Below, one piece after another: positions 9,449 to 16,924 of a DNA stretch of 25,983 bases. The DNA comes from a virus (Duplodnaviria; Caudoviricetes): the IMG/VR virus record IMGVR_UViG_3300021108_000010, positions 1-25,983 of that record; one strand, given 5' to 3'. The position numbers and the translations under genes are program-made. Position 1 is the stretch's first letter. Every line of letters begins with the position of its first letter. Under the pieces are notes generated by a model, which saw nothing but the letters and a program-made list of their open reading frames with translations, searched no databases and had not been told where the DNA came from.

Positions 9449-9982
9449 ATGGCTTTTAATATCAATGAAATGAGAAGCCAACTCGTCTACGGCGGTGCAC
9501 GTCAGAATCTCTTCCAGGTACGCATTAGCAACCCTGCAAATAACTCTGGTGATCTTAAGACACCATTTATGGTTCAAGCTGCACAAATTCCGGAATCACA
9601 AGTTGGCGTAATTCCAGTGTTTTACTTCGGTCGTCAGATGAAGCTGGCCGGTGATAGAACATTCGGCGATTGGACAGTAACAGTACTGAATGACGAAGAT
9701 TTCCTTATCAGAAATGCTATGGAAGAATGGTCAAACAGAATCAATCGTTTTGAAGCTAATATTCGTGACATCGGGCGCTACAAGTCAAATGCTACTGTAA
9801 TCCAGTATGCAAAGGATGGATCAGCGATTCGTGAATACAGATTTGATGGAATCTTCCCAAGTGTTATCTCACCAATTGAACTTGATTGGGCGAATACCGA
9901 TCAGATTGAATCTTTCCAGGTTACGTTCACATACGACTACTGGACTGTTAGTGGTGGTACGACAGATAAAGCCGGCGATTAG
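9449..9982 (+). CDS. gp19: Tail tube protein gp19
   Basis: GGARQNLF, GRQMKLAGDRTF.DWTVTV.NDEDF.IR..ME.W, F.VTF.YDYW. Confidence 0.95.
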   Translation: MAFNINEMRSQLVYGGARQNLFQVRISNPANNSGDLKTPFMVQAAQIPESQVGVIPVFYFGRQMKLAGDRTFGDWTVTVLNDEDFLIRNAMEEWSNRINRFEANIRDIGRYKSNATVIQYAKDGSAIREYRFDGIFPSVISPIELDWANTDQIESFQVTFTYDYWTVSGGTTDKAGD

Positions 9983-9984
9983 AT

Positions 9985-10016
9985 AAGTAAGGGGTAACCA
10001 ATCCCCTTACTTTTTT
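9985..10016 (+). terminator. Rho-independent terminator after gp19
   Basis: AAGTAAGGGG / 8-nt loop / CCCCTTACTT followed by a T-run. Confidence 0.85.
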
Positions 10017-10037
10017 GTTATTTAAATTGGAGATCCC

Positions 10038-11702
10038 ATGGCCGAATTATTTGGTTTTGAATTCAAGAGAAAAATTGAACCTGTTGATATCCCTTCGTTC
10101 ACACCCAAAGCTGCCGATGACGGCGCGATGGTTGTGGCCGAAGGCGGTGTTTATGGTACCTTCGTCGATCTTGACGGTGCAGTTCGTACAGAAGCAGAGT
10201 TAGTTAATAAGTATCGCGAAGTTGCAATGCATCCTGAGGTCGAGATGGCCATTGATGATATTGTGAACGAAGCTATTGTTGCTGATCCTAAAAAGGCAAT
10301 CGTTTCTATTAACCTAGACGATCTTGAGCAACCAGACAAGATTAAAAAGATGATTATGGAGGAGTTCGATACTATTGTCGACCTTCTAGAGTTTAATCAA
10401 CACGCATACGAAATCTTTAAGAAGTGGTACGTAGACGGTCGATTACTGTATCATGCAATGATTGATGAAGACAAGCCACGTGAAGGTATCAAGGAACTTC
10501 GATACATCGATCCGCGTAAGATTCGTAAAGTTCGTACCGTAAAGAAGAGAAAAGTTTCCTCAACGTCGAACGTTACAGTTCCATCAACCGGCGAAGAGTT
10601 CTACATCTATAATGAAAAAGGTTTCTCGAAGACAGCCGGCGTTCCTAATAACGTTGCTCCCTTCCAAGATACCGGCGCACAGGGTCTAAAGATTGCAGTT
10701 GACTCTATTGTCAACGTGTCATCTGGTCTTGTCAACGTCAATGGTGACTTAGTCATCGGTTACCTTCAGAAGGCAATCAAGCCACTAAACATGTTGAAGG
10801 CGATGGAAGACTCACTAGTCATCTATCGTATCTCACGTGCACCTGAACGTCGTATCTTCTATATTGATGTTGGTAACCTTCCTAAGCCGAAGGCTGAACA
10901 ATATCTTCGTGATGTTATGACGCGTTTTAAGAACAAGGTCGTATACGATTCTGCTACCGGTGAGATCCGTGATGATCGCAAGCATATGACCATGCTCGAG
11001 GATTTCTGGCTTCCACGTCGTGAAGGCGGTAAGGGAACAGAGATCACTACATTGCCAGGTGGTCAGAATCTTGGCCAGATGGATGACGTAACCTACTTCC
11101 AGAATAAACTCTACAAGTCGTTGAACGTTCCTATTGGTCGTATGGATCCATCTGCACAGTATAGTTTTGGTCGTGCTACCGAGATTACAAGAGACGAAGT
11201 CAAGTTTGCTAAGTTTGTTACTCGCCTGCGGATGAGATTCTCGGATCTATTTGTTAGAATCCTTGAGAAGCAACTAATCCTCAAAGGTGTTATCACCTCA
11301 GAAGATTGGGCAGAGTTCAAGACGAACTTCAAGTTTGAGTATGCCGAGGACAATCACTTCGCCGAACTTCGTAATACAGAGATCCTTCGTGATCGTGTTT
11401 CGATGCTTCGCGATGTAGATGACTATGCTAGTAAGTACTTCTCGCACGAATGGATTCGCCGCAATGTTCTCCATCAGACCGAAGAGGACATGAAGGAAAT
11501 TGATGAGCAGATCAAAGAAGAGATGAACAATCCACAGTATAACTCATCAGAAGTTGGTCCAGATGGGCAACCAATTCCAGTAGGCGGACAACCACCGCCC
11601 GGTGAAGATGCAGGAGCTCCCCCAGCACCTCCTGGTGCAAAACCACCTAAGGATGCCGACTTCGGTCCAGCAGTTCCTGACGTGGTGAAGAAACCGGCTT
11701 GA
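10038..11702 (+). CDS. gp20: Portal vertex protein gp20
   Basis: MAELFGF; WYVDGR; RAPERRIFYIDVGNLPK.KAEQY; EDFWLPRREGGKGTEITTLPGGQNLG. Confidence 0.97.
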   Translation: MAELFGFEFKRKIEPVDIPSFTPKAADDGAMVVAEGGVYGTFVDLDGAVRTEAELVNKYREVAMHPEVEMAIDDIVNEAIVADPKKAIVSINLDDLEQPDKIKKMIMEEFDTIVDLLEFNQHAYEIFKKWYVDGRLLYHAMIDEDKPREGIKELRYIDPRKIRKVRTVKKRKVSSTSNVTVPSTGEEFYIYNEKGFSKTAGVPNNVAPFQDTGAQGLKIAVDSIVNVSSGLVNVNGDLVIGYLQKAIKPLNMLKAMEDSLVIYRISRAPERRIFYIDVGNLPKPKAEQYLRDVMTRFKNKVVYDSATGEIRDDRKHMTMLEDFWLPRREGGKGTEITTLPGGQNLGQMDDVTYFQNKLYKSLNVPIGRMDPSAQYSFGRATEITRDEVKFAKFVTRLRMRFSDLFVRILEKQLILKGVITSEDWAEFKTNFKFEYAEDNHFAELRNTEILRDRVSMLRDVDDYASKYFSHEWIRRNVLHQTEEDMKEIDEQIKEEMNNPQYNSSEVGPDGQPIPVGGQPPPGEDAGAPPAPPGAKPPKDADFGPAVPDVVKKPA

Positions 11703-11703
11703 T

Positions 11704-11711
11704 TATAAATA
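11704..11711 (+). promoter_or_regulatory. T4-type late promoter for the prohead core cluster
   Basis: Exact TATAAATA upstream of GGAGAG RBS. Confidence 0.85.
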
Positions 11712-11732
11712 AAACATATTTGGAGAGAATTT

Positions 11733-12038
11733 ATGCCAACAATTGACGATCTAATCGATACAGCATTAGGACAGCAACCGACTAAGTTTGCTTCTGTCTT
11801 TGACGATATCATGGGCGAAAAAACAACAGCTGCAATAGAAGCTATGCATACAAGTATTGCGCAAGGCATCTATGCATCTGCAGATGATTTAGACCCAGAC
11901 GATCAAGACACTACGGATGATGACGAAGTCGATGATATCGATGACGACGAGTTTGACGATGTCGATGACCTGGATCTGGACGATACCGATTTTGACGACT
12001 CAGATTTAGAAGGACTCGACGATGGCGAAGACGCTTAA
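11733..12038 (+). CDS. Small acidic prohead core protein (gp67-like)
   Basis: Position immediately after the portal gene; short helical N-terminus and an extremely Asp-rich tail. Confidence 0.65.
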   Translation: MPTIDDLIDTALGQQPTKFASVFDDIMGEKTTAAIEAMHTSIAQGIYASADDLDPDDQDTTDDDEVDDIDDDEFDDVDDLDLDDTDFDDSDLEGLDDGEDA

Positions 12039-13293
12039 TCAATTTCTAGAAGGCTACTTGAAGGTTAAGTCTGCCGATGAACAAAAGTTTGTCGACAAGC
12101 ATGTAACTGTTAAGAATCCCGACCGCAACGGCAACGGTGACGATGTCTTTAAGGGAAAGACTAAACCAATTAACCGTCGCAAAGAACGTCATGGTTATGA
12201 ACCAGGCGATGACGAGAAGGTCTATGAAGCACTTAAGGGCAGTCAGCACAAGATCGATGCCAACAAGAATGGCAAGCTTGATGCTCATGACTTTAAACTC
12301 CTGCGCGCCAAAAAGAAGGTTGCCGAAGCAGCTGAAGATCTAGAAGAACTGTCTAACGCTACTTTGGGTTCATATGAGCGTAAATCTGCACCAGATAGAA
12401 ATAGAGATGCTGGTAATGTGATGGCCAAGCGTAAACAATTGGGCACAAACAAGGTCAAGGTTGCATCAACCGAGATGAATAAGGCTCGTCCAAAGTTTGA
12501 AGAAACTGAACAGATCGATGAACTTTCAAAGAAGACTCTTGGTTCCTATGTCAAGAAGGCAGGCGTAAACAGAACACACATTGCTGGTAAACAAAAAAGC
12601 GTAGATGATGCAATGACAGGTGTTAGTGCCGCTATGCGTTATGTTAGTGACACCGATAACTTAGACAAATCAAGAAAACAGTTGAAGAAGGTTTCTAATC
12701 GTTTAGATAATAAAGACTTTAATAGACAACAAGGTATCAGTAAAGCCGTTGATCGTCTGACTAAAGAAGAAGCTGAAGGTCTTGATGAATTGTCGCGTGG
12801 CACTTTAGGTCGTTATTCAATGAAAACAAAGTCGATTGCTGATAACGAAGGCGGTAAGGATCGTTCAAAGGGACGTGAACTTGCCGGGCGTAAACGCTGG
12901 GGTGGATCAGTGACAGGTGTCGAGAAGGCAAAGGTCATGGCAACCGAAGAAGTCGATCTCGATGAGAAGCTATCTGCAAAGGCACCGATGGGAACATACA
13001 TCAAGGACTTCCAGAAGTCTGATGCTCCACAGTTCAAGGGTAGATCACCAGAAAAACGCCGTGTGATGGCAATTGCTGCCAAGCTTTCAGCAGAACGCGG
13101 TGGTAAGCCACTCAATAAAGAAGAACGTCTACAAAATCGCTTAACTGATATCTCAGAATCACATCAGAGAGTTATGCTGGAAGTATTCGAGAAGCTAAGT
13201 GAAGACAACAAGTCGAAGTTTCTAGAAGCATGTGATACACCAGAAGGTGTTGAACAGATGCTAGACTTTGCCATTAATAATAGAGGTGAATAA
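12022..13293 (+). CDS. Repeat-containing internal head / prohead core protein at the gp68 position
   Basis: Basic, charged 423-aa protein. N-terminus MAKTLNQFLE; three (L/I)(D/E)E-LS..TLG.Y repeats; C-terminal L.E..Q..M..VFEKLSEDNK.KF helical region. Confidence 0.7.
   Translation: MAKTLNQFLEGYLKVKSADEQKFVDKHVTVKNPDRNGNGDDVFKGKTKPINRRKERHGYEPGDDEKVYEALKGSQHKIDANKNGKLDAHDFKLLRAKKKVAEAAEDLEELSNATLGSYERKSAPDRNRDAGNVMAKRKQLGTNKVKVASTEMNKARPKFEETEQIDELSKKTLGSYVKKAGVNRTHIAGKQKSVDDAMTGVSAAMRYVSDTDNLDKSRKQLKKVSNRLDNKDFNRQQGISKAVDRLTKEEAEGLDELSRGTLGRYSMKTKSIADNEGGKDRSKGRELAGRKRWGGSVTGVEKAKVMATEEVDLDEKLSAKAPMGTYIKDFQKSDAPQFKGRSPEKRRVMAIAAKLSAERGGKPLNKEERLQNRLTDISESHQRVMLEVFEKLSEDNKSKFLEACDTPEGVEQMLDFAINNRGE
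12334..12828 (+). repeat. Three dispersed protein-level repeats E.(L/I)(D/E)ELS..TLG.Y..K
   Basis: EDLEELSNATLGSYERKS (~12334), EQIDELSKKTLGSYVKKA (~12508), EGLDELSRGTLGRYSMKT (~12775). Confidence 0.85.
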
Positions 13294-13670
13294 TGGCTGT
13301 AACGATTGTTTCAAATAGGCCGCGCACATCTGCCGTTTTTCATGTAACACCTGCAAATACTACTATTGTTGTTGCCGGTAATAATGCTGTATCTAATGTG
13401 GCATCTTCTGGAGAAACTTTAACAGGAGCGTATATTACTCAATCAGTTTGGGGGTGTGATCCCAATGGTTATATTGTAATTAAGCGCGGTATAACGCCTG
13501 TTGCATATTACGATTCAACAGGTCAACATGAGTATGCTGGTTGCGGCATGCCAATAAATGTACTTCAAACTGATAATATTAATATCGAGTTTGTTGGTTC
13601 TGCAAATTGTTTTATTATGTTTGAAGTTCAAAAAGTTGGACCATTCCCATCTGACTATAATTTGAGTTAA
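13293..13670 (+). CDS. Small beta-rich head-cluster protein, paralog A
   Basis: GAGG RBS and TAATG coupling to the upstream gene; clear similarity to the next ORF. Confidence 0.75.
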   Translation: MAVTIVSNRPRTSAVFHVTPANTTIVVAGNNAVSNVASSGETLTGAYITQSVWGCDPNGYIVIKRGITPVAYYDSTGQHEYAGCGMPINVLQTDNINIEFVGSANCFIMFEVQKVGPFPSDYNLS

Positions 13671-13677
13671 TGATGCC

Positions 13678-14094
13678 ATGCCTTATATTATTACTTCTAA
13701 TAAACTAAATTTATCTGTCACATTACACATAACAGAGAATTGCGGATTAACTATTTCCGGTAATAATACTGTATCTGATATTGCATTGCCTGGTGAAATA
13801 TTAACTGGTGCATATATCAATCAAATATCATGGGCATGTACTCCTAATGCATACCTTCAAGTATTAAGAGGTGTATCGATAGCAGGCATATATGATTCTT
13901 CAAGTACCCATGATTATTCTGGTTGCGGTATGCCTTTAAAAATTAATTCTGAAAAACCTTTGAGTTTTAATTTTTTAAACGGAAGCGGTTTTTGTACAAT
14001 AGAATTGCAAAAAATATTTGAGCCAATTACTAGTATTGAGCCAAATTATACGTTAAATCTTGACTTTACTAATCAATTATTTTACGTAGGATAA
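13678..14094 (+). CDS. Small beta-rich head-cluster protein, paralog B (AT-rich, with C-terminal extension)
   Basis: Shares GNN.VS, GE.LTGAYI.Q..W.C.PN.Y, RG, YDS...H.Y.GCGMP and E.QK with paralog A; extra tail ...TLNLDFTNQLFYVG. Confidence 0.72.
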   Translation: MPYIITSNKLNLSVTLHITENCGLTISGNNTVSDIALPGEILTGAYINQISWACTPNAYLQVLRGVSIAGIYDSSSTHDYSGCGMPLKINSEKPLSFNFLNGSGFCTIELQKIFEPITSIEPNYTLNLDFTNQLFYVG

Positions 14095-14097
14095 GTG

Positions 14098-15906
14098 ATG
14101 GGATTCAAAACATTCAGTGACTTTATTACTTTTACTCGCACGACGAACGCCACGCTGGTGGACAGCACCGGGCGGGTGACCTACGCGCCGAACAATCTGC
14201 TGCTGTATTCGCAACAACTTGATGACCCAACTTGGGTAAAAAACGTAGTTACTGTTTCGGCTAATGTAGGAGTTGCGCCTGACGGAACAACGACTGCTGA
14301 CAAGGTTATACCCGGCATATCAGCGGTGGCATTCAAAGAGCTACAACAGAATTTTTCTTCGACGCTTGGCGTGAATTACGCATTTTCATGCTACGTTAAA
14401 GATGCGGGCTACAGATACATACAGTTAATTGGAACTGCTGGCCAGTTTGGAACGTTTGCAATCAACTATGATTTGCAAACCGGCACTGAGACCGCATTTA
14501 CCGCCGGAACCTCTACAGTTGTGAGTAGGGGAATAACGCCCGCTGGTAATGGCTGGTATCGCGTTTCAGTGGTGCTTACGGCAATCGGCACCAGTGCCGC
14601 CGCCAGAATTGGTATTAATGTTATTCCAGCCAGCGATTCAGTAAGAGGCGTATCGTGGGCTAGTGATGGAACTAGCGGCATATTGCAATGGGGCGCGCAG
14701 GTCGAAGCCGTCACCTACCAGACGCTGCCCTCGACCTACGTGCAGACGGTCGCCTCGGCCTACTACGGCCCGCGCTTCGACTACAACCCCGTCACGCTCG
14801 CGCCCAACGGCCTGCTGATCGAGGAGCAGCGGGTGAACTTGATGACGTACAGCGACGGCACGGTGGGCTGGTCGGTTTCTCCGGGCGGCTCACTCGTTGT
14901 TACGGCAAACGCTGCCACTAGCCCGGCCGGGACAAGCAACGCTACAAAAATTGCCACTGGCGATACACTAAATAGCGGCCACTCTTTGTATAAACTTTTT
15001 TCAGGTGCCGTAAACACTGTTTACACCGGCTCTGCATACCTGAAGGCGGGCGAATATACCCGCGCTCAGATTAACTTTGAAAACAGCGCGTTTGCTAACC
15101 TTGCATACGGCGCTCTATTTGACTTGAGCAACGGGACTATTGTTGCAACTACTGCGTCAACAACTGCCACTATTACCAATGCCGGAAACGGTTGGTATCG
15201 CTGCACAGTCACGGCAACTTCTGACGCAGACGGCGGAAACTATGTTTTTGTGGTTTCGCCAAAGCCGGCAACCCAAACGACTTTCGGAGCCACTTACACC
15301 CCTGTCTCGGTCGGTTTGGGCGTATTCCTCTACGGCGTACAGGTCGAAACCGGTGCATTCGCCACCAGCTACATCCCCACCGTAGCCTCCACGGTCACCC
15401 GCGCGGTTGACGTTGCGTCGATGACGGGTACGAACTTCTCAAGCTGGTACAACCAGAGCGAGGGGACGATTATCGCGCAGTTTGTTGCAACCACAACAGG
15501 CGTCAATTCGACGGGCGGTAGCGACTTCCCGTTTGTGTACGACATTGACAGCGCAGCAGCACCTACGTCTGGGAATAGCTTACTTGTATCCGCTGGTTAT
15601 GGCCCCGGCTGGAGGGCAGAAACCAGAGTTCTTGGTGTCACTCAGGCGGGACTTCAGGGATCTATGACGCTTGGAAATGCCAGCGTCCGCAAAATTGCAT
15701 ACGCCTATCAGACAAACAATTTTGCCGCCTCCGCGAATGGCGGCACGGTCAGTACCGACACATCAGGCACTCTACCTTCCCCCGACCGGATAGGTATCGG
15801 TTGCCAAAACTCAGATGGCGGCAACCCATTAACGGGCTACATCCGCACCATCACCTTCTACCCCTCGCGCCTCACCAACGCGCAGCTACAGGCACTCACC
15901 GCATGA
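14098..15906 (+). CDS. Putative head spike/fibre protein with two tandem carbohydrate-binding-like (lectin/CBM-like) domains
   Basis: FTRTTNAT.VD..G, PRFDYNPVT....GLLIEEQR.NL, two GNGWYR...G.QVE units, ATSYIPT....VTR..D and YP.RLTNAQLQALT motifs. AGGA RBS 6 nt before ATG 14098 (GTG 14095 is an alternative start). Confidence 0.7.
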   Translation: MGFKTFSDFITFTRTTNATLVDSTGRVTYAPNNLLLYSQQLDDPTWVKNVVTVSANVGVAPDGTTTADKVIPGISAVAFKELQQNFSSTLGVNYAFSCYVKDAGYRYIQLIGTAGQFGTFAINYDLQTGTETAFTAGTSTVVSRGITPAGNGWYRVSVVLTAIGTSAAARIGINVIPASDSVRGVSWASDGTSGILQWGAQVEAVTYQTLPSTYVQTVASAYYGPRFDYNPVTLAPNGLLIEEQRVNLMTYSDGTVGWSVSPGGSLVVTANAATSPAGTSNATKIATGDTLNSGHSLYKLFSGAVNTVYTGSAYLKAGEYTRAQINFENSAFANLAYGALFDLSNGTIVATTASTTATITNAGNGWYRCTVTATSDADGGNYVFVVSPKPATQTTFGATYTPVSVGLGVFLYGVQVETGAFATSYIPTVASTVTRAVDVASMTGTNFSSWYNQSEGTIIAQFVATTTGVNSTGGSDFPFVYDIDSAAAPTSGNSLLVSAGYGPGWRAETRVLGVTQAGLQGSMTLGNASVRKIAYAYQTNNFAASANGGTVSTDTSGTLPSPDRIGIGCQNSDGGNPLTGYIRTITFYPSRLTNAQLQALTA

Positions 15907-16184
15907 TCGACCTGTATCTCATGACCGCCACCGAAGCTGAAATGACTGCCGCGCTGCTGGCTGCGGGTGTCATTGACGATGAAGGCAACCCGGTGTCTGG
16001 CGTGTCGCTCGATCACATCGGGCCATTCAGCCGCGTGACGGGCTATGACAAGGCCGACGAGCCTATCGTGGTGGACTACCCCGGCTGGCACACCAACCTG
16101 CGCGGCAACTTCAGCGACGAGCAGCTTGCCGAGTTGACACCGTTGAGCGTCGAGCCAACAGTTCCCCATCGCGTGTGGGCGTAA
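15903..16184 (+). CDS. Small partner protein of the spike gene (possible chaperone/adaptor), 93 aa
   Basis: ATGA overlap with the spike stop. MIDLYL...LD.IG...GWHTNLR...P.VPHRVWA pattern; ~60-63% GC in the 60-nt blocks I counted. Confidence 0.72.
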   Translation: MIDLYLMTATEAEMTAALLAAGVIDDEGNPVSGVSLDHIGPFSRVTGYDKADEPIVVDYPGWHTNLRGNFSDEQLAELTPLSVEPTVPHRVWA

Positions 16185-16201
16185 TCGGATCTATTTAAAA
16201 T

Positions 16202-16209
16202 TATAAATA
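16202..16209 (+). promoter_or_regulatory. T4-type late promoter for gp21
   Basis: Exact TATAAATA upstream of GAGG RBS. Confidence 0.85.
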
Positions 16210-16233
16210 GATTAAAATAACAACGAGGTTAAA

Positions 16234-16887
16234 ATGAAACTAATTACTGAACTTACTGAAGATGTAACAGTTGTTACCGAAGCCCGTGAAGACGGGAAGA
16301 AGAATATGTACATCGAAGGAATCTTCTTGCAAGGTGGTATCAAGAACCGTAATGGTCGTATGTACCCAGTAGAAACCCTTGCCAAGGAAGTAGAACGTTA
16401 CAACGAATCCTACGTCAAGTCTGGTCGTGCTCTTGGTGAACTAGGTCACCCAGATGGTCCACAGATCAACCTTGATCGTGTCTCACACGTAATCACCAGT
16501 CTTCGCCAAGAGGGTCTGAACTGGATCGGTAAGGCAAAGTTGACAGATACTCCTATGGGTAACACTGCCAAGGGTCTCATTGAGTCAGGTGTTCGTCTAG
16601 GCGTTTCGTCTCGTGGTATGGGATCACTGCGTCTCAATAAAGAAGGTATCAACGAAGTTCAGGGTGATTTCCACCTAGCAACTGCTGCTGATATCGTTGC
16701 CGATCCTTCGGCTCCTGATGCATTCGTCAACGGCATCATGGAAGGTGTTGAATGGATCTGGGAAAACAGCATGCTGGTTGCTCACAAATCTAAGATGCAG
16801 ATCGAATCGTCTGTTAGATCACGCACCTTCGAAGAACGTAAACTGCAGATCTTTGAGAAATTTCTCCACGAAATTTCCAAATCTTAA
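16234..16887 (+). CDS. gp21: Prohead protease gp21
   Basis: MKLITE; YIEGIFLQ...KNRNGRMYP; ALGELGHP; GVSSRGMGSL; DIVADPSAPDAFV.GIME. Confidence 0.96.
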   Translation: MKLITELTEDVTVVTEAREDGKKNMYIEGIFLQGGIKNRNGRMYPVETLAKEVERYNESYVKSGRALGELGHPDGPQINLDRVSHVITSLRQEGLNWIGKAKLTDTPMGNTAKGLIESGVRLGVSSRGMGSLRLNKEGINEVQGDFHLATAADIVADPSAPDAFVNGIMEGVEWIWENSMLVAHKSKMQIESSVRSRTFEERKLQIFEKFLHEISKS

Positions 16888-16892
16888 TCCAA

Positions 16893-16900
16893 TATAAATA
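16893..16900 (+). promoter_or_regulatory. T4-type late promoter for gp22
   Basis: Exact TATAAATA upstream of AAGGAG RBS. Confidence 0.85.
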
Positions 16901-16924
16901 AATAAAATTCACAAGGAGTGTACA

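Noticed and set aside
11890-12021. GAC/GAT-rich repetitive DNA
   Set aside because: Explained by poly-Asp coding; no fixed repeat unit or spacers, so not CRISPR or a satellite
14098-14130. MGFKTFSDFIT resembles a T4 capsid-targeting sequence
   Set aside because: Lacks the terminal Glu cleavage site and runs straight into the spike family's own F..ITFTR motif; probably coincidental
15801-15902. Upstream start of the spike partner ORF at 15801
   Set aside because: Overlaps the spike C-terminus in another frame; ATGA coupling at 15903 is the plausible start
14095-16184. Diversity-generating retroelement, invertible shufflon or IS as the cause of the mosaic spike
   Set aside because: No reverse transcriptase, recombinase, transposase, near-identical template/variable repeat pair or terminal inverted repeats seen in the window
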